A DNA stretch of 63,749 nucleotides, counting the filler. It is 4 parts of 4 records of this genome, joined end to end, with 100 filler letters (N's around TTAATTAATTAA, not from the genome) between each part and the next. Parts side by side here need not be neighbours in the genome. Positions count along the whole stretch, not along the records: positions 1 to 23,299 come from DRR723986_9362; positions 23,400 to 37,584 come from DRR723986_9366; 2 more parts are not named here. One strand, 5' to 3'. The first letter of the stretch is position 1. Every line of letters starts with the position of its first letter. A program made the translations under genes and the position numbers. Below the pieces are notes generated by a model, which saw nothing but the letters and a program-made list of their open reading frames with translations, ran no database searches and was not told the origin of the DNA. This document shows positions 18,487 to 27,964 of the stretch, piece after piece.

Positions 18487-20360
18487 TCCCGCAGGATTTT
18501 ACGTATTTCCACGCGCCGACAGCGCGAATGGAATGTTTCCAGATCCTCACTTGGACGGCGAATCAGGGGGCGGGTTTCACCCGCCGAGTTCGTCACCAGC
18601 AAAGCAGCGTCTACACCGCGCTTGATGAGCTGCGTCTTGAGGAAGTCGGCACGACGTTTACCCAGCATCAGATTGTACTCTTCGCTGGATTTTTCATCTG
18701 TATGACCGATCAAAACAATCGATTTGATTGACTTTTGATACAAGTTAATGTGTTTCGCCAGTCCAGTGACGGCTTCCTGCCAGGTTTGATTGGTCTGGCG
18801 ACCATTGCTGTCCAGAACGTTGGGGTAAGGTTCCAGATAAATATCATTCGGAAAGTTGAGCCGCAAGGTCAGGCTGGCGGTCAGTTCAAAACCGCGTTCA
18901 GTTTTTTCCGTTTCTGCGTCTACACGGCTTGTGCGTGGAAAATAGGTTTCGGCCTGGGCGCTGACTTCGACTTCGCCACGCACGCGGCTTTCCAGGCGGA
19001 AACTGCCGTCTTTGGCGGTCTCGGCACTCTGGCGCACTTCACCAGTTTTTAGCTCGGTGACTGTGACGATTGCATCTGGAATCGGCTTTTTGGTGCCGCG
19101 GTCAACGACGCTACCTTCAACGACTAAATCGCGTTCCGGCAGCACTTCTTCTTGAGGATCTTCGGTTTTGGGCTGGCTGGTTTGCGGATCCGGGTTCGTG
19201 GTCTCGGCAATTGGCTCGCTGGTTTGTGGATCGGGCTCGATGCGCTCTGTTGTCTGATCGGCTTGGAGCTTTTCCGTCAAAGTTGGAGTGCGGCCGGCCA
19301 CAGGCTGAATATCATCCAGGCCACGGCGCACGGGATGCATCACATAGAGGTCAAAACCACCGTGTTGGCCGCTTGCCACATATGCTGGTGCACTTTGGTT
19401 GGAGCTGTAATACAGCAGACTGTCTGGTCTGCCCGGCGTCGACGGAAATAACTCGTCTGACGGCGTATTCAGGGGCGCCCCCATGTTTTGCACTGTGCCA
19501 AAAGCCTGCAGCGATTTCCCGGCACGCAGTGCCGCAAAGTCCACACTGACTCTGAAAATATCGTATCCGCCAAGTGTCGCGTGGCCCGAAGACGCAAACA
19601 GTAAAGTCTTGCCGCCGGGAGCCACAAATGGTGAAAGCTCGTCACAAATTGTGTTGAGCGCGGCGCCGCAGCTCTGCGGAACGGACCAGCCATTCGCTGA
19701 ACGAACGCTGTAGTAGAGATCGGTTCCGCCCAGGGAGCTGGGCCGCTCGGAGGCAAAAATCACCACGTCACCAGCCGGGGAGAGCGTCGGATGGCCATCC
19801 CACCACAAGTCAGTATTGAGTTCTTTGATAGGTGTCACTTGGCCGATTGCACGGCCTTCAGCCACATAAATATTCGCATCACCGGTAACTGCCTGGTCAC
19901 TGACGCCGCTGAAAATGCCGGAAGGCGTCAGGGTACTGGCGCCAAATGTGCGCATTCCGGGAATTGACAGGCTCTTAGCGCTTTTGCCGCGCGCTGCCTG
20001 TGAGAGTTCAACTTCTACCAGACGCTGCAGGCCGCCATTGCCAACCGTCATCAAAGCTTCCGTTTCTGAGCGGAAAGCCAGAGTAAACTCACCGTCCTGT
20101 GAGTTGAGACCGGCGACGGGTTCAATTCTTAGGTATGTTTCGCCAGGTCCGCGCGCCGCCGTATCAAACGGTACTCCCTTCCAGCTTCCCGGCAGACACT
20201 CCACGACGGGCTCCGGGCAGTCAAGATCAAACTCTTTGGCAGGAGGTGGCAGGCAGGCGCTGAGAGCCACCAGCCCCAGGAGCGCCAGAAATGCCAAACC
20301 ACGAGTCTGTGAGTTAAAAGTGATAATGCAGCTCCAGGCAGATAGAGAGTAAATGTTCAA
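18483..20360 (-). CDS. PD40-repeat / carboxypeptidase-regulatory-like / OmpA C-terminal domain lipoprotein (PorE-like architecture, no TPR)
   Basis: Lipobox ALSA-C; PD40 repeats (HPTLSPAGDVVIFASER..LGGTDLY, SPFVAPGGKTLLFASSG..LGGYDIF); OmpA motifs GHTD..YNLMLGKRRA and RRVE. Confidence 0.85.
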   Translation of the reverse strand: MNIYSLSAWSCIITFNSQTRGLAFLALLGLVALSACLPPPAKEFDLDCPEPVVECLPGSWKGVPFDTAARGPGETYLRIEPVAGLNSQDGEFTLAFRSETEALMTVGNGGLQRLVEVELSQAARGKSAKSLSIPGMRTFGASTLTPSGIFSGVSDQAVTGDANIYVAEGRAIGQVTPIKELNTDLWWDGHPTLSPAGDVVIFASERPSSLGGTDLYYSVRSANGWSVPQSCGAALNTICDELSPFVAPGGKTLLFASSGHATLGGYDIFRVSVDFAALRAGKSLQAFGTVQNMGAPLNTPSDELFPSTPGRPDSLLYYSSNQSAPAYVASGQHGGFDLYVMHPVRRGLDDIQPVAGRTPTLTEKLQADQTTERIEPDPQTSEPIAETTNPDPQTSQPKTEDPQEEVLPERDLVVEGSVVDRGTKKPIPDAIVTVTELKTGEVRQSAETAKDGSFRLESRVRGEVEVSAQAETYFPRTSRVDAETEKTERGFELTASLTLRLNFPNDIYLEPYPNVLDSNGRQTNQTWQEAVTGLAKHINLYQKSIKSIVLIGHTDEKSSEEYNLMLGKRRADFLKTQLIKRGVDAALLVTNSAGETRPLIRRPSEDLETFHSRCRRVEIRKILRE

Positions 20361-20455
20361 AGGCGAGCGCTAGACGCTACACCTAGTGTCTTTGAATTCG
20401 ACACGGATCAGATACTATTGAAGTTTTTGAGATCAATGTTGTGCGGCAGCTAATG

Positions 20456-21061
20456 TTACGCAAATCGGCGCGGAAGTGCCAACGCGCGGTCCAACAGACG
20501 CATAAAATGTACGCGCGAGATTTCAAGCGCGCCCAGGCTCTGCATGTGCGGGTTGATGTACTGTGAATCCAGTAATACAAAACCCTGCTCATTCAGATGC
20601 TGCGTCAAATGCACAAAGGCAACTTTGGACGCTTCGCTGACGGTGGAGAACATGGACTCACCAAAAAAGGCAGCGCCAAGTTGAATGCCGTAGAGCCCGC
20701 CAACGAGCTGTCCACCCTGATAACTCTCGACCGAATGTGCATATCCGCGTTCGTGGAGTTCAGTGTAGACTGCGATAATATCTTCTGATATCCAGGTTGA
20801 CTCACGCGCGGCACAGCCGCGAATGACGCCTGCAAAGTCGCGATTGACGGCACACTCAAAGGTTTGGGACTTTAGAACTTTGCGCAGCGATCGACTGACC
20901 TTGACGGCGTCCAGTGGGATAATCGCGCGCGGATCGGGCGCGTGCCAGTACAAGTCTCCCGTGTCCTCATCGGCCATCGGGAAATAGCCATTTTCGTATG
21001 CCCACAGGACCAGGTCAGCTGTAAACAGCTCGGTGTGATCGTCTGATGCGCGGCGCGTCAT
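20456..21061 (-). CDS. aat: leucyl/phenylalanyl-tRNA--protein transferase
   Basis: AYENGYFPM, PDPRA, TWI, AHSVE, LVGGLYG, FFGESMFS and ASKVA. Confidence 0.96.
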   Translation of the reverse strand: MTRRASDDHTELFTADLVLWAYENGYFPMADEDTGDLYWHAPDPRAIIPLDAVKVSRSLRKVLKSQTFECAVNRDFAGVIRGCAARESTWISEDIIAVYTELHERGYAHSVESYQGGQLVGGLYGIQLGAAFFGESMFSTVSEASKVAFVHLTQHLNEQGFVLLDSQYINPHMQSLGALEISRVHFMRLLDRALALPRRFA

Positions 21062-21783
21062 GGCTTGCGCACCTCGCAGCGCAGCCGCGAATAGTTGATG
21101 CCACGGTGGATACTCAGAATCTCCTGGTCGGTTTTAACGCCCAGGCCCCATTCTTCTTCGTTGCAGTCCACACAGTCAAAACCGGCGTATTGCTCTAAAA
21201 CGCCGCGTTGGTATTCGTCAACTTCGGGCACATCGGTCATCAGGTACAGATGGCCGCCGGGCTGCAGGACACGCGCGCATTCATGTAGAAATGCTTCGGT
21301 AAAGGCGCGCCGTTTGTTGTGGCGTTTCTTGAACCATGGATCCGGGAAGAAGTAAAAGATGCGCTCAATTGAGTCACTCTCAATAAATGGCATGCCGTTG
21401 GCGACGGAATACCAAATAACGGACGCATTTTTGATGTCTTCGCCTTCAATTACGCCGCTGATCCACTCCACCGGCGCGCGGCGGACTTCAATCCCAAGAA
21501 TATTTTCGTCGGTATTCAGCTGTGCATATTCCATCAGCAGGCGGCCCATGCCGCAGCCGATATCGAGGCGGCGCGGCGCCTTGCCATCGGGGAAATGCGC
21601 AGCCCAGTCCAGACTTTGATACAGTGGTGGATAGTCGGCACCGCCCAACTTTTGCTGGTCGTGCGGCATGTAATAATTGGGGCTGGTATGATGCCGTATG
21701 CGCGGCACGGGGTATTTGGAAAAGTCTATCGCCACAGGACTGAACGCTTGATTGATGTAAGAATACGATATCAGAAGGATCAC
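21058..21783 (-). CDS. trmB: tRNA (guanine-N7)-methyltransferase
   Basis: LDIGCGMG, LGIEVR, FPDPWFKKRHNKRR and LMTD; exact start uncertain. Confidence 0.92.
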   Translation of the reverse strand: MILLISYSYINQAFSPVAIDFSKYPVPRIRHHTSPNYYMPHDQQKLGGADYPPLYQSLDWAAHFPDGKAPRRLDIGCGMGRLLMEYAQLNTDENILGIEVRRAPVEWISGVIEGEDIKNASVIWYSVANGMPFIESDSIERIFYFFPDPWFKKRHNKRRAFTEAFLHECARVLQPGGHLYLMTDVPEVDEYQRGVLEQYAGFDCVDCNEEEWGLGVKTDQEILSIHRGINYSRLRCEVRKP

Positions 21784-21844
21784 GCGGAAGAGGCGGCACT
21801 AACTCTTAGCGGCTGCAAGCTCTACGCAAAATGCAGGGCGGAAC

Positions 21845-22699
21845 CTAGAACACAGCGCCAAAAACGGCGTCTAAAATCAGGATACTCGCGGCCGAGAGCG
21901 TAAAGGAACGCACCGTGCTCTGACCAACACCTTCGGCGCCACCCGCAGTGCGGAAGCCCACATGACAGCCAATCAATGCCGTCACACCGCCAAAAACGAA
22001 TGATTTGAACAAACTCAGGATCACTTCCGAAAGCTGGAAATAATACGCAATTGAGTTAAAAAACGCCACGGCCGAAAAGTCGAATTTGAGCGAAGTCAGG
22101 AGGAACGCACCGGCAATTGCAACAACATTGGAGAATACAGCCAGCACGGGCATCATTGCCAGGGCCGCCAGTACACGCGGCATCGCCAGGTAACGATGCT
22201 TGTCAATCGCCATAAGCTCAAGAGCATCAACCTGTTCGGAAACCTGCATCGTGCCGATCTGCGCCGTGATAGCCGCACCAACCCGCCCGGCGATCACCAG
22301 AGCTGTCAGAACCGGCGTCAACTCCGTAAAGATGACTGTCGCTACCGACCCGCCAATAAAAGGCTTGGCGATGCCGATCAGATTAAATTTGGCGAACAGG
22401 TTCGTGGCCTGCAGCGCAGCGATAGCACCGGTAAAGGAGCCAATCAGAATCACGAGCGGCAGCGAGTCCGTACCCACGATTCCCATCTGCTCAAATATGA
22501 GCTTGCGGTCCTTAAAAACGCGCGGCAAATAACGCATCACATGCCGCAGCAGCAGAACGATCTGCCCAAACTCAGCCACAAAACCCAAGATGCTGCCGCC
22601 AAGACGTGCAAAGATATTCAGGCGAACCTTCCCTCGTGCCGAACTGTGTCCGGCTGCTTCCAATAGCGTAAAAAGGACGTCGCGCAGCCGAGCTGCCAA
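21845..22699 (-). CDS. mlaE: MlaE-family ABC transporter permease
   Basis: ELTPVLTALVIAGRVGAAITAQIGTM..SEQVDALE, MPRV and GGAEGVG; start (TTG 22699) uncertain. Confidence 0.93.
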   Translation of the reverse strand: MAARLRDVLFTLLEAAGHSSARGKVRLNIFARLGGSILGFVAEFGQIVLLLRHVMRYLPRVFKDRKLIFEQMGIVGTDSLPLVILIGSFTGAIAALQATNLFAKFNLIGIAKPFIGGSVATVIFTELTPVLTALVIAGRVGAAITAQIGTMQVSEQVDALELMAIDKHRYLAMPRVLAALAMMPVLAVFSNVVAIAGAFLLTSLKFDFSAVAFFNSIAYYFQLSEVILSLFKSFVFGGVTALIGCHVGFRTAGGAEGVGQSTVRSFTLSAASILILDAVFGAVF

Positions 22700-22721
22700 G
22701 GTCCAAACTTCAATTTGGCCA

Positions 22722-22729
22722 CAAAAATA
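22722..22729 (-). promoter_or_regulatory. Bacteroidota-type -7 promoter element for mlaE
   Basis: TATTTTTG (TAnnTTTG) on the minus strand, 22 bp upstream of the ORF. Confidence 0.45.
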
Positions 22730-23189
22730 CGCGCATCACGTGGGAATTCCCAGCTTACAGCGCAGCGAGGCCCAATTTCGGCACCCGAAACTGTAATATT
22801 GATTCGCTTTTTGAGGACAAATGTCGCCAATCTACATGTCTTCAGGCGCATGCATTTTTTACGATCAGACTTTTAGGTTCAAAACCACAAGCCTTCAGCC
22901 CTATGCACTTTAATCCTCAGCTCCTGCGGGGCTGTTGGAGACGCTCAGCTGCAAAGTTGGAAGTCTTGCGCTTAGGCAAAAGCGCCGAATGCGGCTTATA
23001 AACAAGAATGGCACATACCCCTAAGACTTCAAATCCGAACGCCCATATTCAATCAAAAATACATGGTCGAATTGCTGGATATTTGGCTGCGCTAATATTC
23101 AAGGCATTTAGACTAAAAGCACCCAGAACGACATTCAGAGGCCAGTATTTGGCGTTCAGCGGCGAGATTTTGAAATCATAAGTTTTCCA

Positions 23190-23222
23190 CACCACCTGTG
23201 AGACTGTGGCTCACAGGTGGTG
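23190..23222. repeat. 13-bp perfect inverted repeat (hairpin; terminator or REP-like)
   Basis: CACCACCTGTGAG-actgtgg-CTCACAGGTGGTG in non-coding DNA near the contig end. Confidence 0.7.
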
Positions 23223-23299
23223 GGTGTATTTTTACCACTCACCCAATCGCAACTCCCAATCCAAATACTAACAAAACGGCTATAAAAGCCTGAGCCGAA

Positions 23300-23399
23300 N
23301 NNNNNNNNNNNNNNNNNNNNNNNNNNNNNNNNNNNNNNNNNNNTTAATTAATTAANNNNNNNNNNNNNNNNNNNNNNNNNNNNNNNNNNNNNNNNNNNN
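23300..23399. other. artificial contig spacer
   Basis: 44 N + TTAATTAATTAA (stops in all six frames) + 44 N. Confidence 0.99.
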
Positions 23400-23535
23400 C
23401 CCGGCCGCTGACGCGTCGCGGCTCACATGCCGCCGCGCATGGATTTACCGATTGCGGCATTGCCGTGAGCCGCTGGCGGTCAGGCCACGGGCATCTCCGC
23501 GTACTTGAGCCGCTGGCCGTAAGGCCACAGGCATC
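23400..23535. repeat. REP-like repeat cluster
   Basis: 30-nt direct repeat at 23466-23495 and 23506-23535 (TGAGCCGCTGGCnGTnAGGCCACnGGCATC, 3 mismatches); related inverted copy at 23401-23426 (minus strand GTGAGCCGCGACGCGTCAGCGGCCGG). Confidence 0.7.
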
Positions 23536-23750
23536 GCAGCTATGTGACCGTGGACTGTCAGGTGACTTACCAGCGTATTGAGAATCCTGCAATTTCCTAA
23601 TACCTCGGCGAAAGAAACTGGGCGGCCAACTCGTCCAACTGATTGCGAAGATTTCTGTATCCCGACCAATTCCGCGCTTACTTCAAGCGGATTGGGATCG
23701 CCTTCGCAAATACGCTACAACGACATCCTGGTATCGGAGGCGAACCGGTT

Positions 23751-25139
23751 ATGAAGCCACTGACAAAACTCTCTGCTGTAGTGCTGGCAGGCTTGCTCGT
23801 ACCGATTTCAGGACTGCTAGGGCAAGAACGTGCCGAAATCGGTGCTTTCCTGCAACTGACCTCCAGCAACCAGACTGAGCGTCTCAATGCACTGGAGGCA
23901 ATCTCGGAGAACTGGCATGTTGGAGATACTCCCATGCTCCTGGAGGCAGTTCGGTTCACTCGTAATCCAAGGAGCCGCATCGCTTACTTTGACTTTCTGC
24001 GCGAACATACTGGGCAGAAGATTGGCAATGACCTAAGCGCTTGGTACGAGTGGCTGTGGTCGCAGGAAACTGACGCTCACCCTCACTACGCACAGTACAA
24101 ACAAAAGCTTTACACGCGAGTCGACCCTCGGTTCGCGGAGTACTTCTCGGACGACCGCGCCAGCACGATCCGTTTAGATGAGATTCGTTGGGGTGGAGTC
24201 CGCCGTGACGGCATTCCTCCGCTCAAGAATCCGGAAGTCACCTCGGCAGCGGAAGCCCTTTACTTGGCCGACAGCGATATTGTCTTCGGCGTCGAGTTTA
24301 ACGGGCAAGCTCGAGCGTACCCGAAACGAATTCTTGCGTGGCATGAAATGGTAAAAGACACTGTAGGCGGGCAATCCATCAACGGCGTCTACTGTACCCT
24401 CTGTGGATCTATGATCGTTTACGACACGAATATCGACGGCAAGCACTATGAGCTCGGCACGAGTGGTTTCCTTTACCGCAGCAACAAGTTGATGTATGAC
24501 CACGAAACGAAATCCATGTGGTCAACACTTGCTGGCGAGCCGGTTGTGGGGCCGCTTGTTGGCAAAGGCCTGCAACTCGAACCCCTATACGTAGTCACGA
24601 CCACCTGGGGACAATGGAAGAAGATGCACCCGAGCACCGATGTCCTGACGCTAGGCACGGGACATAGTCGAGACTATGGCGAAGGGGTCGCCTACCGGGC
24701 CTACTTCGCAACCGATCGACTGATGTTCACCGTACCGAAAATTGACACTAGATTGAAAAACAAGGACGAGGTCTTGGCGCTACGCGGTGAGGAGGGCGAG
24801 CGGCTTGCGATCTCGGCGAAGTTCCTGGACAAGCATCCCGTATACCATGATTCGATTGGCGAAGCTGATTTCGTCGTCCTGACCGACAGCTCAGGAGCCA
24901 ACCGAGTCTACGATGCAGCCGGCGTGAAATTCGAGGCTTGGGAAGACGAAACCACCGTCAGAGCGAACAACGGTCAACTTTTCAAAGTCACCGAAGACGG
25001 CCTGAAACAACTTGATGCTTCAAAGGCGGATGATGTCGCCCCGACCGCGACGCCCAATAAGCACCGCAGACTTCCCGCCCACCGTGCGTTTTGGTTCGGC
25101 TGGCAGTCCGCTTATCCCGACACTGAACTAGTCAAATAG
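23751..25139 (+). CDS. DUF3179 domain exported protein
   Basis: Signal peptide; WGGVRRDGIPPL, RAYP..IL.WHE, YCTLCGS, GTSGFLYRSN.LMYD..T.S.W and FWFGW...YP.T; ATG 23751 has a GGAGG RBS. Confidence 0.88.
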   Translation: MKPLTKLSAVVLAGLLVPISGLLGQERAEIGAFLQLTSSNQTERLNALEAISENWHVGDTPMLLEAVRFTRNPRSRIAYFDFLREHTGQKIGNDLSAWYEWLWSQETDAHPHYAQYKQKLYTRVDPRFAEYFSDDRASTIRLDEIRWGGVRRDGIPPLKNPEVTSAAEALYLADSDIVFGVEFNGQARAYPKRILAWHEMVKDTVGGQSINGVYCTLCGSMIVYDTNIDGKHYELGTSGFLYRSNKLMYDHETKSMWSTLAGEPVVGPLVGKGLQLEPLYVVTTTWGQWKKMHPSTDVLTLGTGHSRDYGEGVAYRAYFATDRLMFTVPKIDTRLKNKDEVLALRGEEGERLAISAKFLDKHPVYHDSIGEADFVVLTDSSGANRVYDAAGVKFEAWEDETTVRANNGQLFKVTEDGLKQLDASKADDVAPTATPNKHRRLPAHRAFWFGWQSAYPDTELVK

Positions 25140-25247
25140 TTGCCGGACAGGCAAACAACTGTCTTAAAACTGCCCGGGAACATGTAGCCCTTGCGAAGCA
25201 AATTTGCGTTCGCCTGTTAGCTGCCAGCCTGCATCAATCCAAGGATT

Positions 25248-25727
25248 TCACTCGTGTTGTGAGTATGCGCTAGTTTGCCCCAGCAGGACGCTGACAATCA
25301 TGCTTGCACCAACGGCTGGGAATAGAAGCACGGCACCAACCCACAAGGGGAGCATTCCTGAGCGATGACCGACAATTCGTGCAATGCTCGGAGTTCGCTC
25401 GGTATATTCGACGGGCACTCGGGTTCCAGGTGCTAACGAGTTCTCTGTCCAGGATTTTGCATGCGTTACAATACCGTCGGCATTTGTGAAGGAGAATCGC
25501 ACGGCGTAGATGGTCTTACCGTTGAACTCATCACCGGACGTGTAGCCCGTCGGTGTTGATGAGACGACGGAACCATTTGTCTTCGAGATCGTACTGAGCT
25601 TGAATGCTATTGCCGACCAGTCGGCATACTGTCCAAACAGCCACCAAGCAAGCACGCCGAACATTACAAGAACCCATCCCAGCCGGGCCCGCGGAATAGT
25701 GAAACAGTCAATTGTTCGCCAACTCAT
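25248..25727 (-). CDS. DUF3592-like membrane protein
   Basis: TM - beta domain (G.VV..YAVRFSFT..G..PGTRVPVEY...P..ARI) - TM. Confidence 0.6.
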   Translation of the reverse strand: MSWRTIDCFTIPRARLGWVLVMFGVLAWWLFGQYADWSAIAFKLSTISKTNGSVVSSTPTGYTSGDEFNGKTIYAVRFSFTNADGIVTHAKSWTENSLAPGTRVPVEYTERTPSIARIVGHRSGMLPLWVGAVLLFPAVGASMIVSVLLGQTSAYSQHE

Positions 25728-26250
25728 CGCCCCGCCCTTGTGATTGTCTGAACGATCGCAGCGTGAAGCGTAGCTCGCGTGCACCGCATCCGCATTGCAT
25801 TCTTCACTCCCCGTACGAAGGTGCTCGCCGAAATGGCTACGAGATTCCTGCGCTAACTAGTGTGTCGTTGTCTCGCAGGCGATTTACCGAGTAGCGTTGG
25901 CGACTAGAAAAAATTCAGCAAGCGAGATGAGGCTGATTGGAAAGCATTGTAGCTCGCAAACTCAAACCGTACTAAAGAAGCTTGTTCTCGCAAGCGGCCT
26001 ACAACCACACGTGTCGAAATTGCATTCGCGCGAAAATGCACTCGGCTCCCGTAGACCAACGTTTCGAAGGGATAACTCTCAAACTCGCCAACCTGCCGTC
26101 GGCCACTATAGTCGTCAAACAATCATTGGCGGACGCTTGGGGGGATCTTTTACGAAGTCGCACCCTCTGCACATTGTGAGATTTGCTCGGGCGTGTTGGT
26201 GGCGGTGGCAGGGGATATGTACATTTGACGCGATTTCCGTACCCTAATCT

Positions 26251-26280
26251 CGTTCCGTCACCTGAGTCGGTGACGGAACG
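26251..26280. repeat. 12-bp perfect inverted repeat
   Basis: CGTTCCGTCACC-tgagtc-GGTGACGGAACG just upstream of the ZIP gene. Confidence 0.7.
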
Positions 26281-26317
26281 CAATGCCGGCTGACAAACTC
26301 CACTTTCTTCGTCCCGA

Positions 26318-27370
26318 TTGGTTCTGCACTTTATGCTCTCGATGGACGAATTGCTGCTGGTCTACTGCGTATTGGTCTGCCTAGCATCATTGACAGGCGG
26401 GCGACTCTCGTTGTTGGTCCGAATGACCCACCTGCGGACGCAGCTTCTCATGAGTGGTGTTGGTGGGTTGATGCTTGGAATCGCCATGCTGCACATGTGG
26501 CCGCACAGCGGTGAGCTGCTTGGTTCGCAGGCTAAGGCCGGGATTGGGGCACTTGCGGGACTCATTGTCATGTTCTTGATCATCCGCCTCTTTCACACGC
26601 ACGACCATTCAGTGCCTGTCACCGACGAAGCTCAAGAAAGCGGGCATCATCACAGTCACTCGCACGACGGTAATGAAAAGGAACATTCGCACGCAGAACA
26701 TTCGCACCAACATGGTCATTGCGACCATGAACACAGCGATGCTCGCGGGGTGAGTTGGGTTGGCCTATTCTTCGGTCTGGCGCTTCACACGCTGGTCGAT
26801 GGCGTTGCGTTGGCGAGTAGCGTTATGGCGGGCAGTCACGGCGCTTGGATGGGACTAGCAGGACTTGGGACCTTCCTGGCTGTCGCACTCCACAAGCCAC
26901 TAGATGCGTTTGCAATCACGTCTGTCATGGAGAAGCAGCGTTGGAGCGCGTCTGCGCAAGCGGTAGCCAACTTTACGTTCTCGTTGGCCTGCCCCGTCGG
27001 CGCACTTGGCTTTTTCTACTACACAAGAACCCTCTCGGGTGGCAGCACTGAATTACTTGGTTGGGGACTAGCCGTCTCTGCAGGGTTCTTTATCGGTATC
27101 GCTCTTGCCGACCTGCTGCCGGAAGTTGCTTTCCATGATCATGATCGAGGCAAGCTGACTTTAGCACTGCTGTTTGGTGTCGCACTCGCAGTCGGCATTG
27201 AGAATCTACCAGGGCATTCGCACGAGCAAAACGCCTCACCCGAGAATGCTGCGCCAGCGACTGTCGCACCAAATGCGAATTCCCGTTCGCAGCCTCAAGC
27301 GACCAGATCGCAGCCTCAAACGAATGGTGCGGTGCAACTAAGAGTCGCACACATCAACGTGTCGCCCTGA
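26318..27370 (+). CDS. ZIP-family divalent metal transporter
   Basis: Multiple TMs, His-rich loop (HHHSHSHD..HSHAEHSHQHGHCDH), LHTLVDG, LHKPLD and DLLPE; exact start uncertain. Confidence 0.9.
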   Translation: MVLHFMLSMDELLLVYCVLVCLASLTGGRLSLLVRMTHLRTQLLMSGVGGLMLGIAMLHMWPHSGELLGSQAKAGIGALAGLIVMFLIIRLFHTHDHSVPVTDEAQESGHHHSHSHDGNEKEHSHAEHSHQHGHCDHEHSDARGVSWVGLFFGLALHTLVDGVALASSVMAGSHGAWMGLAGLGTFLAVALHKPLDAFAITSVMEKQRWSASAQAVANFTFSLACPVGALGFFYYTRTLSGGSTELLGWGLAVSAGFFIGIALADLLPEVAFHDHDRGKLTLALLFGVALAVGIENLPGHSHEQNASPENAAPATVAPNANSRSQPQATRSQPQTNGAVQLRVAHINVSP

Positions 27371-27964
27371 TATCTTTACTTTGCCCTGAGCAATCTTTTG
27401 CACCACGTGGGGGAACAGCTCGCGTTCAAGCTGGAAGACCCTTTGTTGAACGTCCACAGCGGAGTCGCTGGGAAGTACTTCACAACTGCGTTGGGCAATG
27501 ATGGGGCCGTGATCAAATTCGTTGTCAACGAAGTGCGCGGTACATCCGGTTAGTTTTGCGCCGTAATCAACGACCGCCTGGTGCACGCGAATTCCGTAGT
27601 AGCCCTTACCGCTGAAGGCTGGAATGAGGGACGGGTGAATGTTCACGACTCGGTTGGTGAAGTCATCGGGAATCAGCAGGTGGTCTAGGTATCCACCCAT
27701 GACAACCAGTTCAACGCCCAACTTCCGACAGTGGGAAAACACCGCTTCGGAGTGCTCTTCTCCAGATTCGAAGTCCCGCCGTGCGATCTTTTGCAGTTCG
27801 ATCCCAGCCTCTTCGGCGATCAAGTTGCCGCGGCACTCACGCTTGCTGGATACCACCAACCGATAATCGCAATCGAGATTTCCCTCGTGAGACACTTTCA
27901 GCAAGTTCTCGAGCGTGGTCCCTCCGCCAGAGATCAAAACGGCGATGGGTAGCTTACTTGGCAT
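27338..27964 (-). CDS. purN: phosphoribosylglycinamide formyltransferase
   Basis: [21 protein letters not shown] and GCTAHFV...FDHGPII.Q. Confidence 0.96.
   Translation of the reverse strand: MPSKLPIAVLISGGGTTLENLLKVSHEGNLDCDYRLVVSSKRECRGNLIAEEAGIELQKIARRDFESGEEHSEAVFSHCRKLGVELVVMGGYLDHLLIPDDFTNRVVNIHPSLIPAFSGKGYYGIRVHQAVVDYGAKLTGCTAHFVDNEFDHGPIIAQRSCEVLPSDSAVDVQQRVFQLERELFPHVVQKIAQGKVKISGRHVDVCDS

Noticed and set aside
1-23299. Words shared by the two non-coding ends of contig A (CCTAAGACTTCA at 139 and 23020; AAAAGCCTGAG at 266 and 23284)
   Set aside because: Only 11-12-nt matches with inconsistent spacing around housekeeping genes; not enough for terminal repeats or att sites, though a degenerate repeat family is not excluded.
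23466-23535. CRISPR array
   Set aside because: Two repeats with a 10-nt spacer and no cas genes; no CRISPR array, tRNA or rRNA was recognised anywhere in the window.
23344-23592. ORFs ending in X...LIN (also 37629-37949 and the tail of 49246-50094)
   Set aside because: Artefacts of translating through the N/TTAATTAATTAA spacer.
25790-26250. Possible ncRNA or small ORFs in the long intergenic region before the ZIP gene
   Set aside because: No riboswitch or RNA family motif recognised; the short ORFs lack an RBS or protein-like features.
27287-27320. Short duplication TCGCAGCCTCAA x2 at the ZIP 3' end, and a 33-bp convergent overlap with purN
   Set aside because: Low-complexity tail (RSQPQ twice); no sign of function.
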